Positions 1 through 10,371 are shown, counted from the stretch's first letter. The stretch is DNA of 36,246 bases from a virus (IMGVR_UViG_2703718820_000015:1-36246), one strand, 5' to 3'. The notes: generated by a model not told the origin, from the letters alone. Numbers and translations: made by a program.

Positions 1-387
1 TCACTTCAGCGGGTAGTCATCAAACTCACCATAACGAGCATCGTTAATGATGTATGTGATTACGCCAAATATCGCATCAGGGCTCGTTCCGTCATCGTGC
101 AGAGGTATAGCTTCCCTTCTTCCTGTCTGCAAATCTTCCAGGTGAACCTTGGGTGATTTGCGGTATCGCTTAATCCTCAGCTCACCTTCCATTCTGCAAA
201 CAAGTAATGAGCCGTCGCATGGTGATAGCGAAGCATCCACAACCAGCAGCGCGCCATTCAGGATACCTTCCCGGTAGTGCGTCGCACCCGCTCGCATGAA
301 GTACGTTGCCGCTGGCCTGCTTATGATGCACTTGTCGAGCGATATGCGCTCTTCAACGTAGTCTTGTGCTGGACTCGGGAATCCCAT
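1..387 (-). CDS. UmuD'-like S24-family protein lacking the cleavable N-terminal arm (HumD-like)
   Basis: 128 aa; begins MGFPSPAQDYVEERI, which aligns with E. coli UmuD from Gly25 (the start of processed UmuD'). The GDSM catalytic-serine region is replaced by GATH; a Lys aligning with UmuD Lys97 is retained. SD GGAGGTGA precedes the ATG at 385-387; stop is at 1-3. Confidence 0.7.
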   Translation of the reverse strand: MGFPSPAQDYVEERISLDKCIISRPAATYFMRAGATHYREGILNGALLVVDASLSPCDGSLLVCRMEGELRIKRYRKSPKVHLEDLQTGRREAIPLHDDGTSPDAIFGVITYIINDARYGEFDDYPLK

Positions 388-404
388 AACTCACCTCCGA
401 TGGA

Positions 405-424
405 TACTGTATATTAATACAGCA
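405..424. promoter_or_regulatory. LexA (SOS) box TACTGTATATTAATACAGCA
   Basis: Fits the CTGT-N8-ACAG consensus exactly and closely resembles the E. coli umuDC box as recalled; lies about 18 bp upstream of the UmuD'-like start on the opposite strand. Confidence 0.7.
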
Positions 425-522
425 TTACTGATCGGCGGTGTCGATCAATAGCGTTTGTGGTGCTAAACTTCAGACCTTTCAGAAGCTACTGATACTTATC
501 AAAAAACTATTATAGGTGTATT

Positions 523-1620
523 TTGGAAATCGATAACAGTCCACCAAGAAAGAATAACCTTCAGTATATACAGGCGCTTAGGGCTATTGCAGCTATGCTT
601 GTCGTACTTTGCCATGCAAGGGATTTTTTGAAAGGAACAGAATATGAATGGCTGGCTCAGCGATTATTTTGGCCTGGTGCATTCGGAGTTGATTTATTTT
701 TCATCATTAGTGGTTTTATCATAATTTATACGTCTCATAGCTACCAAAGCAATGATTTGATAAAGTTTATTAAAAAACGTTTCTTAAGAGTTTGGCCTCT
801 ATATTTCATCATGACTATTGCATATATAGTCATTGTTAAAAATGTTGATTTATCTTTAATGCATGGGTTTTCATATAACCAATCATCTAGCTCATTTGAA
901 TTAACAAACATAATCAAAGGTTTGCTTTTCATTCCACTAAACACTGAGTCACCTATATACTTTGGGCCTCCATCATTGTTCGTTGGATGGACCCTCAATT
1001 ATGAAATATATTTTTATTTAGTTTGCGCCATTGGAATAGCGCTGGGGAAGTTTAGGTATACATTTTATATATTATGGTTTTTCATTACACTGTTAGCTTT
1101 GCCATCTATTGCGGGTGTATTCGACAGACCAAAAATTGAAGGTTTAGGATATATAAATTTAACCATGCAAAGCCTGATTTGGGAGTTTGTCTTCGGTGCG
1201 ATTATTGCTATCCTATACAAAAGTGGTAACTTTTCAATTAGAGACAAAAGGATTGCAATACCATTAATTTCGATTGGAATCATAATCCCTGTATGGGCTT
1301 ACATAACACAGTTTGATGCTGGGCATGGGATTTTTCATTCAGGGAAATATTTTTGCATAATGTTTGCATGCTTTACTGCATGCTCTGACTACATACAAGA
1401 CAACATCAAAATACCACGTATTTTCATCATGATTGGTGATGCTTCATACTCTTTGTATTTAGTTCATCCAATTACGTTTATATTATGCTTTAAGATGATA
1501 GATTGGCTTGGGATGGCTGATTTATCAAAAAGCTTCTCGTTTATTTTTATTGTATTTATAACATCTGTAGCTTTTGCACTACTAAGCTATAAATATATCG
1601 AGAAAAATATTCCAAGATAA
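523..1620 (+). CDS. Acyltransferase family 3 integral membrane protein (O-antigen O-acetyltransferase-like; lysogenic conversion candidate)
   Basis: 365 aa, strongly hydrophobic with multiple predicted TM segments; N-terminal LRAIAAMLVVLCHA motif typical of AT3/OafA/Oac enzymes; very AT-rich compared with neighbours; only in-frame start is TTG at 523, preceded by AGGTG. Confidence 0.7.
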   Translation: MEIDNSPPRKNNLQYIQALRAIAAMLVVLCHARDFLKGTEYEWLAQRLFWPGAFGVDLFFIISGFIIIYTSHSYQSNDLIKFIKKRFLRVWPLYFIMTIAYIVIVKNVDLSLMHGFSYNQSSSSFELTNIIKGLLFIPLNTESPIYFGPPSLFVGWTLNYEIYFYLVCAIGIALGKFRYTFYILWFFITLLALPSIAGVFDRPKIEGLGYINLTMQSLIWEFVFGAIIAILYKSGNFSIRDKRIAIPLISIGIIIPVWAYITQFDAGHGIFHSGKYFCIMFACFTACSDYIQDNIKIPRIFIMIGDASYSLYLVHPITFILCFKMIDWLGMADLSKSFSFIFIVFITSVAFALLSYKYIEKNIPR

Positions 1621-1626
1621 TTTTGA

Positions 1627-1651
1627 AGCGGCATGTTTGAAGCATGCCGCT
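1627..1651. terminator. 9-bp-stem hairpin between convergent acyltransferase and tailspike genes (possible bidirectional terminator)
   Basis: AGCGGCATG-TTTGAAG-CATGCCGCT perfect inverted repeat; no clean U-tract on either side, so function is uncertain. Confidence 0.35.
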
Positions 1652-1656
1652 ATTGG

Positions 1657-3582
1657 TTAGGCAGAAATATTCACAATCCCCCATGTACTTCCATTCCACA
1701 CCCATTGGACAGTAGGGTCGGAAGGATATGTTGCTGGAGATGTTCTGTAGGACACCAAGCCGATTGGGAAAGAACCTGTGTTCTCTGTCACAGTAGGCTT
1801 TGCGCTAGATCTCATTTTTACTTTCTCCCATCCGCAGAATACTGGAAGAAAGGTTCCGTTATACGGGCTAAAATACGCTCCTCCAACATAAGCGCTCATT
1901 CCGGATTCAACTGTAATCCTTAATCTGTATGCTTTACTTTTGTCGTTGGTTGGCGCTGAAACTTTGTATAACTTCCACCCTCCAACACCCATATCGTAGA
2001 ACTTATTAACTGACATATAGATGGAATTAGTACCATCTTGGGCTTCTATAGCTATCTCAAGTGGTGTGTCGCCTTTAAAGTAAAAAGCTCCACGAATGAA
2101 ACCTGTCTGTGTTTTAGTTAAATTTAGGGTTATTCTGCAACGTTGAGATGCGTTAGTGACTCCAAACCATCTACCGCAGCCAGATGGTTCATTAGGGTCA
2201 GAACCAACCTTTCGTTCGTTCGGTATAATTAAAAGGGAATAGTCAATAGGTGCTCCGTAGACTCCATCAATAACCGACCAATCTCCAGAAGGGCAAAGAT
2301 TAGAACCGGAGACACTGAACGTATCTCCTCCCTGTGCGCCTGCTGTAGGGTCTGTCCCTAATATGGTATTCATGGGGCTCATGGTTGAGGCCCAGTTACC
2401 ATATTGCACACGCGCGCCAAGTATGGTCCACGGCCCACGTATTTTCCCATTGCCCGTAACCTCGCCATACAAACCTATCACAACATTATGCTGATTTGGG
2501 GTGCTATTGTTATAGAGCAAATAATCGCCGCTTCCCGATGTGTCAAGACCTATAAATGTGTTTGCGTTCCCCTCATACGGAGCACCGGTCTGGCGACTAA
2601 AACCCGATCCAGTTATGATCAGACCACCACCGCAAAGCTGCTCAAATGTATTTTGATTTATAGATCCATCAGAGATGTCAATTATGAATCTGCCACCACC
2701 TGACGTAGTACCTGTTTTGATGCGTACAAATTGATTCCAAAAACTCCCGCCACCCCATTCAACCAACCCAGGCAGAGTGTATGCGTCTGATGATAAAAAT
2801 CTTATATCGCCGGTCGTATCAATGTTCGAGATAATAGAAAACTGTAGCCCTCTAATGTATAACGATTTACATGAAAGGCCAGTTACATTTATAGATTTAC
2901 TATGAAGGATTAGGAAATCCCCGTTAGGGATTCGGCCAACACAATCAACGTTACAGCGGATCACAAAGCGACCAGCAGAAGCATGAATGCCAGTCAGCTT
3001 GGTCATATCAACGACATAATCGCCTGGAGGGATATGCAATGATTTTCTGTTTTTCCCATACTCAACTAATTGTGAATAATCACCGTTAGCATAATCCAAT
3101 GCCTCACACAGTTTAGCAGTAACATCTGTACCATCCGGGAATACTCCCCATCCACGCACGTCTAAATCATCACGCCAGCGAGAAATCTGCAATGCGGGAT
3201 ATTTGGTTGCCCCATCAGGGTCTTCAATCTGCTGCCTTAACTGATCTGGGTCGTACTTCAGCACATTAGGAAAATAGAACTGCTGCGCACCATATGCATC
3301 ATAAACAGCCATAGAGTGGCCTTGCACAGTTACGAACTTGGCAATCTGTCCGTTATATACCGGATATCCAGCAGCATTAATGATGATTGGTTGCGAAACA
3401 GGAACGTGAGAGCCGTCTTCGTTCTCTATATAAACCTGAATCTGGTTTTCAGGATTTACCGGGTCAGTGTCAATTTTACCGATATAAATTTTGCCATTGG
3501 CTACGGCTTTAAAAGAACGAGCCATAGTGAAGAGTTGCGAAGGCATACTCACTACAACATTGGCATTTATTGAATCTGTCAT
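1657..3582 (-). CDS. Tailspike protein (P22 gp9-type head-binding domain plus receptor-binding domain)
   Basis: N-terminus [47 protein letters not shown] matches the conserved P22-family tailspike head-binding domain. Start moved to the internal ATG at 3580-3582, which has a GGAG SD; ORF-track start at 3618 is rejected. Confidence 0.9.
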   Translation of the reverse strand: MTDSINANVVVSMPSQLFTMARSFKAVANGKIYIGKIDTDPVNPENQIQVYIENEDGSHVPVSQPIIINAAGYPVYNGQIAKFVTVQGHSMAVYDAYGAQQFYFPNVLKYDPDQLRQQIEDPDGATKYPALQISRWRDDLDVRGWGVFPDGTDVTAKLCEALDYANGDYSQLVEYGKNRKSLHIPPGDYVVDMTKLTGIHASAGRFVIRCNVDCVGRIPNGDFLILHSKSINVTGLSCKSLYIRGLQFSIISNIDTTGDIRFLSSDAYTLPGLVEWGGGSFWNQFVRIKTGTTSGGGRFIIDISDGSINQNTFEQLCGGGLIITGSGFSRQTGAPYEGNANTFIGLDTSGSGDYLLYNNSTPNQHNVVIGLYGEVTGNGKIRGPWTILGARVQYGNWASTMSPMNTILGTDPTAGAQGGDTFSVSGSNLCPSGDWSVIDGVYGAPIDYSLLIIPNERKVGSDPNEPSGCGRWFGVTNASQRCRITLNLTKTQTGFIRGAFYFKGDTPLEIAIEAQDGTNSIYMSVNKFYDMGVGGWKLYKVSAPTNDKSKAYRLRITVESGMSAYVGGAYFSPYNGTFLPVFCGWEKVKMRSSAKPTVTENTGSFPIGLVSYRTSPATYPSDPTVQWVWNGSTWGIVNISA

Positions 3583-3638
3583 TTGATTTGCTCCAGATAC
3601 AAGGAATGGCCGCAGCATGGCTACGGTGAATTTTGGGC

Positions 3639-3663
3639 ATAAAAAACCCAGCCGAAGCTGGGT
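3639..3663 (-). terminator. Intrinsic terminator between ant and tailspike gene
   Basis: On the minus strand CCCAGCTTCGGCTGGG hairpin followed by UUUUUUAUG; P22 has a terminator at this position. Confidence 0.5.
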
Positions 3664-3681
3664 CGTTGCGTTGGTTATCTG

Positions 3682-4617
3682 TCAGTAGTTATGTACTGAA
3701 GGAGGTAATTCTTTATTCTTAAGTCTCATCCATGCGGAAAGATTCGTTGGTCCGTCTGGCTCATTGATATCAACATCTCGTGTGTGATTGATTAAAACGT
3801 CTCTCGCCATTCCGATAACATACGAGAACTCATGACCATAGTCGTAGCATCTGCCGGAATAGTTCGATTGAATTTGTTTTAATGCCGGATACAGTTCGCG
3901 GAATAACGCCTGTGAGCGGTTGGCATAATCCCATAACCATACAAGGCTGTTTGCTTCTTTTGCAGAAAGCTCGTTGGTTTTCTTCTCTTGTTTGCCAATG
4001 AACTCACCTTCAAGCGGAACGCGAGCAGCAAGTGACAGTGCTTCGGTAAACTGCTCATCACTGATTTCTTTGTACGAACATCCAAAATGGGATTTCAGTG
4101 ACGACCACATGGTGATCATCGCCTTCGCCTGTTTTTCTTTTGGCAGAGACTGACCGCGACTCATGACGAGTTGTTTAATGGCTTCCTGCTGTTCAGTGGT
4201 GATTTTACCCGGCAACGCCTTTTTAGCTTTGCGTGGGTTAACTACATGGCCTTTAGTCCAGTAGTCATGCAGCACGCTAAAGCATTCCTCCTGGTACTGA
4301 ATCAGTTTATCACGGATGTCAGCACGAACTTTCTCAGGGTTGATGCTGAACAGCCATCCATTTAGCTTCTTCAAAGGAAGGCAGAGTAGCTTACGAAGCT
4401 TCCCATCAGCGGCAACCATGTTCATATGAACACAGTTGAATTTGCTAATCTGCTTCATGAGTTTTGTTTGCTGCGTTGACCAGCTCATTCCAAGGTTTTC
4501 AACGATTGGCTTCATCGCAACATATGCAACTCCGGCAGCCATGGCGGTGATAATTTGCTGACCGTTGAATGGTACGTAAGAGGTGTTCACTGCTTCTAAA
4601 ATTGCTATACTATTCAT
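3682..4617 (-). CDS. ant: Antirepressor Ant
   Basis: Position immediately downstream of arc. N-terminus [21 protein letters not shown] preceded by GGAG SD, so start is set at 4617 rather than ORF-track 4683. Antirepressor-type domain architecture. Confidence 0.85.
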   Translation of the reverse strand: MNSIAILEAVNTSYVPFNGQQIITAMAAGVAYVAMKPIVENLGMSWSTQQTKLMKQISKFNCVHMNMVAADGKLRKLLCLPLKKLNGWLFSINPEKVRADIRDKLIQYQEECFSVLHDYWTKGHVVNPRKAKKALPGKITTEQQEAIKQLVMSRGQSLPKEKQAKAMITMWSSLKSHFGCSYKEISDEQFTEALSLAARVPLEGEFIGKQEKKTNELSAKEANSLVWLWDYANRSQALFRELYPALKQIQSNYSGRCYDYGHEFSYVIGMARDVLINHTRDVDINEPDGPTNLSAWMRLKNKELPPSVHNY

Positions 4618-4688
4618 GTTGGTTTTTCTCCACGGATTTACTGACAACCGAAGCCCTGACTGTTCCCGCAGTTGGGGCTTCAACTTTA
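4618..4688 (+). ncRNA. sar: Candidate sar-like antisense RNA complementary to the ant ribosome-binding region
   Basis: By analogy with P22 sar (about 69 nt, antisense to the arc-ant junction). Plus-strand TATACT -10 at 4606-4611; imperfect hairpin AAGCCC...GGGCTT plus U-rich tail near 4651-4688. Boundaries are inferred. Confidence 0.4.
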
Positions 4689-4847
4689 CGCGCCAATGCG
4701 CCCTTCCTTCTTAAAGCTGTCCATTACTCTCTGATAAATCTCAGAGTTAACAGACCGACCATTCTCTTCCGCCACCTTGCGTACCAAATCCAACACTTCT
4801 TTAGGCCACCGCAAATTGAACTGCGGCATTTTGCTCATTCCTTTCAT
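4686..4847 (-). CDS. arc: Arc repressor
   Basis: 53 aa [53 protein letters not shown], near-identical to P22 Arc as recalled; SD GAGGTG. ORF-track start at 4910 lies inside the Arc operator and is rejected. Confidence 0.95.
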   Translation of the reverse strand: MKGMSKMPQFNLRWPKEVLDLVRKVAEENGRSVNSEIYQRVMDSFKKEGRIGA

Positions 4848-4862
4848 ATTCACCTCACAATA

Positions 4863-4881
4863 TGGGTCCACCGTGGACCTA
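4863..4881. promoter_or_regulatory. Mnt operator (palindrome GGTCCACGGTGGACC)
   Basis: Perfect palindrome matching the known P22 Mnt operator, placed just downstream of the Pant -10. Confidence 0.8.
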
Positions 4882-4886
4882 TTGAG

Positions 4887-4915
4887 AATATAGTAGAGTG
4901 CTTCTATCATGTCAA
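4887..4915 (-). promoter_or_regulatory. Pant promoter (-35 TTGACA, 17-bp spacer, -10 TATATT)
   Basis: Read on the minus strand upstream of arc; the Arc operator fills the spacer, as in P22. Confidence 0.75.
4890..4910. promoter_or_regulatory. Arc operator (ATGATAGAAGCACTCTACTAT on minus strand)
   Basis: Exact match to the 21-bp P22 Arc operator sequence as recalled. Confidence 0.85.
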
Positions 4916-4937
4916 TACACTAACTTGGAGTGATGGC

Positions 4938-5192
4938 ATGGCTAGAGATGATCCGCACTTTAACTTCCGTATGCCTTTGGAAGTAAGAGAAAAATTGAAA
5001 TTAAGAGCCGAGGCTAACGGAAGGTCAATGAACTCTGAGTTATTACAAATCGTTCAGGATGCACTATCAAAACCATCACCGATTACAGGATATCGCGACG
5101 AAGCTGAACGCTTGGCTGATCAGCAGGCTGAGCAGTTCAAGGCTATAGTGTTTGAGACACTTAAAAAGATTTATGAAAAGGATTTGAAATGA
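4938..5192 (+). CDS. mnt: Mnt repressor
   Basis: 84 aa MARDDPHFNFRMPLEVREKLKLRAEANGRSMNSELLQIVQDAL..., ribbon-helix-helix, very similar to P22 Mnt as recalled; SD GGAG 8 nt upstream. Long ORF-track upstream extension rejected. Confidence 0.95.
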   Translation: MARDDPHFNFRMPLEVREKLKLRAEANGRSMNSELLQIVQDALSKPSPITGYRDEAERLADQQAEQFKAIVFETLKKIYEKDLK

Positions 5193-5524
5193 GATTTCTA
5201 TCACTGTTCTTGTTAGCAGTTGTCTCTTCTTCCAGTGCTGAGCTGCGCGAGCTTCAAACGGGTAATGACCTTCTTTACAACATTCAACAAGGTAAAAAGG
5301 GTGATGATTTTTCATCGCTTTACATTACTGGATATTTGCGCGGAGTAACTGACTCATTGATACTAATTGGTTCTCTATGTCCTCCTGATGGCGTTGACAT
5401 GTATCAATACACCGATATCGTTGAGAAATATCTAAACAAAAACCCAGAATCAAGAAATGAGAGCGCAGTTATACTAACAGCCCTAGCAGTAGGAAAAACA
5501 TTTCCGTGCAAAAAGAATCAATAA
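5189..5524 (+). CDS. Secreted/periplasmic protein of unknown function (signal peptide; mnt-coupled)
   Basis: 111 aa; N-terminal MRFLSLFLLAVVSSSSA signal peptide; start ATG overlaps the mnt stop (ATGA); AT-rich; occupies the slot where P22 has sieA. Confidence 0.6.
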   Translation: MRFLSLFLLAVVSSSSAELRELQTGNDLLYNIQQGKKGDDFSSLYITGYLRGVTDSLILIGSLCPPDGVDMYQYTDIVEKYLNKNPESRNESAVILTALAVGKTFPCKKNQ

Positions 5525-5539
5525 CAATAAGGGCTTAAA

Positions 5540-5929
5540 ATGAAATTGATTATAGCAATGGCTTTCCTTGTCTTCTCGTTTTCTGTCTCAGCAGAGTGCT
5601 GGGTCGTTGGGGATATGCACGGAATAAGCTATTCAGAACGAAATAATTTTCAACCGGAAGAAGATGGTTTTAGTGGAACATTCATCATTAAGACAAACGG
5701 TGAAGATGCCAGTATCACATATTCTGGGACGGATGCGGGCGGCATGGCTTACAAAGCATTGTCTAAAAACTCCATCATTGGAATCGGCGCGAATGGCGAA
5801 ACTCAACGAGTTATCGACTCATGGGTAATACATCCTAATGGAACAGTTTTAATGTCGAAAACCATTTCTGGTTATGGGAATATGGATTCAACCAAAGCTT
5901 TTATTGGAAAAGTAAAAAGAAAATGTTAA
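5540..5929 (+). CDS. Secreted protein of unknown function (signal peptide, Cys near both termini)
   Basis: 129 aa; MKLIIAMAFLVFSFSVSA signal peptide with VSA/E cleavage motif; AAGGG SD; AT-rich; directly follows the previous gene. Confidence 0.6.
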   Translation: MKLIIAMAFLVFSFSVSAECWVVGDMHGISYSERNNFQPEEDGFSGTFIIKTNGEDASITYSGTDAGGMAYKALSKNSIIGIGANGETQRVIDSWVIHPNGTVLMSKTISGYGNMDSTKAFIGKVKRKC

Positions 5930-5953
5930 CGATTGAATCCAATTACCCATACT

Positions 5954-7795
5954 TTACTGCTGTGTTGCCTCAGTAGCAAGCAGCGGCCTGATGGCATTTG
6001 CAGCGTTACTCAACGCTCTTTCATAGGCTGGTGTTCCTGCTTTGGTGTTTGCCAGACGTAAGAGCGCATTCCTTGCTGCTTTGGACTCATACAAGCGCAT
6101 CATTGCACCGAAACCAGCCTCAATCCCCATTGATACGCCAAGAGTCGCAGTTGCGCCAATCGTCCTTATCCTGTTGGCTTGTGATTGCCCAGTCTGAGTT
6201 ACTACATTTGCGGTGTCTGACCTTGCTGTTTGCTGTAGAACTTCATGAAGAGCATCAAGCTCTTTCATGTGCTTTCCAGAAAAAATAGTGTTGTAAATTT
6301 CACCGCCTGACTGAGATTTCAGCTTATTAACTTCAGTGATGAACTTGGCTGGAGAGTCCCCGGCCTTTTCCGCTATTTTGCTGACGTAAGCTGCACGCAT
6401 AGCATCTTTCCCCTTATCATCCAGTGCGCTCCAGATTCGTTTCACGTCAGATGGTTTTCTGCTTAATACAACGGTATTTATAAGTTCAGGACTGGCTTCA
6501 CTGCTTGCCTTGTTGAGCTTGTTGGCAATGTTTTTATTAAGCACCTTATTATAAACGTTTGCATAATCGGAATTTGCTTTAAGGTATTTTGCTGCGTCTG
6601 ATGCACCGAGGTTTTTAGCAACTGCGTTACGAAGGTCTTTTGACATTGCATTCTCTACCATATTGGTAGCTGCTTTTGCCTGGTTGGGGAAGACCATAGC
6701 ATCTCCCTGAACATTAGATCTAAATGCTGTTCTGTGCTGACGCAAGAGATCAAACGTAACATCCAAATCAGTTGCAGGGTTTGCTAATTCTTCACGTAGG
6801 TTACGCAAGGATGTAAGCAGGCTTTGATTGGCAGACGTCCCAAGCCGTTCCTGTCTTGCGATCGCTGTATTCAGAGCATTCATGGTATTTGTGGTATCAA
6901 CTGCGGCATTACCCATTTTATTGGTGACGTCATTGATAACAGCGCCAGCGGCATCCTTCCGCCCCCTTAACGTGGTGGTCAGAGATTTCACCACATCATC
7001 CGGGTTGTACTCACCAAAACGCTCAAAATAATTACTTACCAACTTACTCCGCGTTGCATATTGCTCTGCCCTTTTACTGCCAGTTCCAAGAATGGCCCCC
7101 TCAGCATCCTGAGTAAGACCACGAGTGAAAGCATTTTTCGGCTGGATAACATCAGATGTCATTGGTGTCACGCCCATCGATTCTGATGTGGCAATTTTCT
7201 TCGCCACTTCTGGCGCAATATCACCTTTTATAGCCGTTATTCCACGCCCTATTCCCTTTGCTGCTGCGGAAAGAACACCCTGAGCGGCAAGGTTAACTCC
7301 GGCATTTTTAGCTGCATTTTGTGCGAAATCGCCTTTCTGATTTGCGGCCTCTGCCAGTGATCCAATAGCCATGCTTCCTGCCGTTCCAACTCCTGGAACT
7401 AAATACCCACCAATTGTTTCACCGGCTTGCGCGTAGGGGTCTGTCGGTCTGTCTACTGGACGATAAACATCATCCAAAACCTTGGGTCCACCAAGCCCCT
7501 GACTGATTGCATTAATCAGACTTGCGCCGCCCTGCAATACGTCAAATGGTATGTTTACCAGACCACGACCAGCCTGTTCTGCAATTTGCCCTGCACTTTG
7601 ACCACCAGTGAGCCAATCGCCAGCTTGTTGCATCAATGATGGTTCTTCACGTGCTGGTTCATTGCTATCCTGGCTGACAGTTTGTTGCTGAACAGACTGT
7701 CCAGCAAAATACTCATCAATGGCAGATCCAATATCTTCCGTGCTCGTACCATCAGGGAAGGTAAATGTCTTACCGTTTGCAGTTACTTTCATCAT
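5954..7795 (-). CDS. DNA-ejection (injection) protein, P22 gp16-like
   Basis: 613 aa, Ala/Gly/Gln-rich, last gene of the late operon in P22 order (P22 gp16 is about 609 aa). Confidence 0.8.
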   Translation of the reverse strand: MMKVTANGKTFTFPDGTSTEDIGSAIDEYFAGQSVQQQTVSQDSNEPAREEPSLMQQAGDWLTGGQSAGQIAEQAGRGLVNIPFDVLQGGASLINAISQGLGGPKVLDDVYRPVDRPTDPYAQAGETIGGYLVPGVGTAGSMAIGSLAEAANQKGDFAQNAAKNAGVNLAAQGVLSAAAKGIGRGITAIKGDIAPEVAKKIATSESMGVTPMTSDVIQPKNAFTRGLTQDAEGAILGTGSKRAEQYATRSKLVSNYFERFGEYNPDDVVKSLTTTLRGRKDAAGAVINDVTNKMGNAAVDTTNTMNALNTAIARQERLGTSANQSLLTSLRNLREELANPATDLDVTFDLLRQHRTAFRSNVQGDAMVFPNQAKAATNMVENAMSKDLRNAVAKNLGASDAAKYLKANSDYANVYNKVLNKNIANKLNKASSEASPELINTVVLSRKPSDVKRIWSALDDKGKDAMRAAYVSKIAEKAGDSPAKFITEVNKLKSQSGGEIYNTIFSGKHMKELDALHEVLQQTARSDTANVVTQTGQSQANRIRTIGATATLGVSMGIEAGFGAMMRLYESKAARNALLRLANTKAGTPAYERALSNAANAIRPLLATEATQQ

Positions 7796-9207
7796 TCCAC
7801 CGTAAATTGAATGCCTGATTTTGAGGTATATGATCCAACCTGATTCCGTGGTTCTCCTGAAGGTGTCGAATCTTGCGCTGGTGCTGCGTCAGTATTCATT
7901 GACATATACCGCTTAACGGCACTCCCCAATGATTCACCTTTTTTAACATCCAACCCCAATATCTGACCGCCATTACGCGATTGTCCAGGGTTGCCATTCG
8001 CGCTCATCCACTCGGCTTTAAACTCATTAAACTGCGCGTTTCGTCGCTCAAGGTTTGCCATTGCATCAAGCCATCTTGCGACCGTCTCAGGGTTATCCAT
8101 GTCAGTTGGTGCACCCTGACGAACGATCTCAACGTCTTTATCCGTTGCGGGGCCGGGAGGTAGGAATTTAAGAACCTGACTGTTAACAAGGGCATTTTGG
8201 CGAATGCGCAAATCACGCAATGTCGTATCGCTTCCGGTAAGTTTTGCGAACATGTTCTGTGCGTTACCGAACAAACCTGTCGTTGGTTTTTCTGCTCTGA
8301 ACTGTTGAGCAAGCGCACTCATAGAATTGGCTGAGTTTGATGATGCTGTGGCATTGTTTACAGCCGTCTCGATGCCTTTTTCCATGTTTACTGACAGCTT
8401 AGGTGCTTCGCTAATCAACTGCTGAGCCTTTTCCTGCGCTTGCTGCATCTTAAACCCGAACTCTTGCTGATCCAGAGCCAAGCGTTGTGCTGCGATATTG
8501 TGCCCAGTCATTGCTGACTGATAGGAAAGGTTTTGCCCTCTCGCCTGAAGTGCTTCTCCAGCCTGATTGCTGCGGATTGTCTCTGCCAGTTTGCCTCGGT
8601 CAATTTCACGACCAGCCATCTTGTCCTGAACAGCAAACGCCTTTTCTGGTCCAAGCGCACCGAGAGACATAGTAGTCAGCATGTGTGATAGCTGCTCTGG
8701 ATTCTGGATACCTGTCTGAATCATCCAGTCAGCATTCGCCCCCACGCGATTTAACCTGTCCTTGTTGTCAGTAATGAATTTACTGTAGGCTTCCGGTCCC
8801 TGGGAAAGAGCGACGTTAGCCCTCATGGCTAAATCGCCCATATCGTTGCGTTGCTGCTCATTAAGACCGGAAAACGCCTGTTGTGCCTGTGCAACAAACG
8901 CTGGATTTTCCTGGGCAAACTTAAATAGTCCAGATGGATCACCAGAAGCCCATGCATCAGCGTGAACCTTATTGAACGCACTAATAGCTTTCTGTTGCTG
9001 TTCCTGATTGTAAATATCAGCAACTCCAGCCAGACCACGTAACGCGGTCAGACCAATGTTATTTGCACCTGAGCGAGCCAGTTCATTGTTTTCGCGGATC
9101 AGACCAAGCGTTGCGTTAATGTCGCTTGCCTTTGGCGCATTCTCATTTTGCGTACCGATGCCAGCCAGAAAACCACCAGAATTAATACCCTGTTGCCACG
9201 TAGCCAT
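7792..9207 (-). CDS. DNA-ejection protein, P22 gp20-like
   Basis: 471 aa, same length and position as P22 gp20; start overlaps the downstream gene's start region. Confidence 0.8.
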   Translation of the reverse strand: MATWQQGINSGGFLAGIGTQNENAPKASDINATLGLIRENNELARSGANNIGLTALRGLAGVADIYNQEQQQKAISAFNKVHADAWASGDPSGLFKFAQENPAFVAQAQQAFSGLNEQQRNDMGDLAMRANVALSQGPEAYSKFITDNKDRLNRVGANADWMIQTGIQNPEQLSHMLTTMSLGALGPEKAFAVQDKMAGREIDRGKLAETIRSNQAGEALQARGQNLSYQSAMTGHNIAAQRLALDQQEFGFKMQQAQEKAQQLISEAPKLSVNMEKGIETAVNNATASSNSANSMSALAQQFRAEKPTTGLFGNAQNMFAKLTGSDTTLRDLRIRQNALVNSQVLKFLPPGPATDKDVEIVRQGAPTDMDNPETVARWLDAMANLERRNAQFNEFKAEWMSANGNPGQSRNGGQILGLDVKKGESLGSAVKRYMSMNTDAAPAQDSTPSGEPRNQVGSYTSKSGIQFTVE

Positions 9208-9217
9208 TGATTACCCC

Positions 9218-9910
9218 TTAAAACAACGAGCCAAGCAGACCAAGACCGCCGCCGATCGCAGCCCCCCACGGAGTTGATGAACCAATTAATTTCGCAAGTC
9301 CGGCCCCAGCAATAGCACCAGACGCACCTCCGCCAATAGCAGATTGCATTGCTGATGGTCTGTTGGCATTTGCCGCTGCAAGAGCCGCACTTTGCTGCGA
9401 AATCTGACTCATATTGTTGGCATATGTTTGCCCGGCGTTTGCCTGACCTTGCAGTGCGCCAAGACCAATATTTGCCAGATTCTGGTAGTTGTTCATCTGA
9501 CCAGATAGCCATTGCTGACCAAGCGTTGGTGCGATTGTTGCTAACTGATTACCGGTTGCAGTGGAACCCAATCCACCTGTTGCTTCCGCTGCCGCCAGAC
9601 TCTGATAACGAGCCTGACCAGCAAGATCTTTGTACTGCTGAGAGTTGTAATACTGGTTAAGTGCCTGACCTTGCCCTTCCAGAGACGATAAGTTCTCGAG
9701 GCTGCCGACATACTTATCAGCCAGAGGAGTAAACGGCTTCAGGTTGTTCATGATGGTGTTGAACTGCTGATTTTGCAGGTCTGCTGCATACTTCTGAGCT
9801 TCTGCGGCATACTTTGCGCTTTTATCAGAACTGCCACCTTTCCCACCCTTTTCAGGGCAATAAGGTTCCTCGCCGCGCAGTTTTCTGCCCAGCTTAAATG
9901 CATATAACAT
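9218..9910 (-). CDS. DNA-ejection protein, P22 gp7-like
   Basis: 230 aa (P22 gp7 is 229 aa); Gly/Ala-rich C-terminus; correct synteny. Confidence 0.8.
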   Translation of the reverse strand: MLYAFKLGRKLRGEEPYCPEKGGKGGSSDKSAKYAAEAQKYAADLQNQQFNTIMNNLKPFTPLADKYVGSLENLSSLEGQGQALNQYYNSQQYKDLAGQARYQSLAAAEATGGLGSTATGNQLATIAPTLGQQWLSGQMNNYQNLANIGLGALQGQANAGQTYANNMSQISQQSAALAAANANRPSAMQSAIGGGASGAIAGAGLAKLIGSSTPWGAAIGGGLGLLGSLF

Positions 9911-9912
9911 GG

Positions 9913-10371
9913 CTATCTCCCGTGATTCAGGAAGTCGATTAGTTCTTCGCGTGTGGCGCTGTAAAAAGTCACGTCATCCACGCCTTTGAAGTATTTCTTG
10001 ATGGTTCCTACACGCTTAAGGCCAATCATTGCGCAGTACATCTGCCCGTGGCGGAATTTGCGCGCAGCGAACGATGTGACACACTGAACAGTGGTGTTAG
10101 TCAGAATGTATCGCCAGAACGCCAGCCCGATTTCCTTGCTGAATCCACGAACCTCTGGCAGGTACATGGCGTGGCAATCGAATGTCAGCGGCTGAATCTC
10201 CTGATAGTAAACAATGCCTCCGAACTGCCCGTGCACGTTCACCTCGAAGTAACGGCATTCAGGCTTGTAGTCGTATCCATCACCGTTGTTGCTTCCGGCA
10301 ATAATGTCAGGGTGATTTCCGACTGCTTCGATCAGGTCGATGTTTCGCGTTGGTTTGAACTGAATCATCAC
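9913..10371 (-). CDS. P22 gp14-like virion assembly protein
   Basis: 152 aa, between tail needle and gp7 homologs as in the P22 map. Confidence 0.65.
   Translation of the reverse strand: MMIQFKPTRNIDLIEAVGNHPDIIAGSNNGDGYDYKPECRYFEVNVHGQFGGIVYYQEIQPLTFDCHAMYLPEVRGFSKEIGLAFWRYILTNTTVQCVTSFAARKFRHGQMYCAMIGLKRVGTIKKYFKGVDDVTFYSATREELIDFLNHGR

Noticed and set aside
388-522. Possible att core or tRNA fragment at the prophage end
   Set aside because: No tRNA-like T-arm or acceptor stem could be recognised by eye; the prophage boundary cannot be placed from this window.
1633-1923. 96-aa plus-strand ORF
   Set aside because: Overlaps the 3' end of the tailspike gene on the opposite strand; Cys/Arg-rich, no SD.
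4569-5192. 207-aa ORF-track version of mnt
   Set aside because: The upstream extension runs through the Pant/operator region and antisense to arc; the true start is the ATG at 4938 with its own SD.
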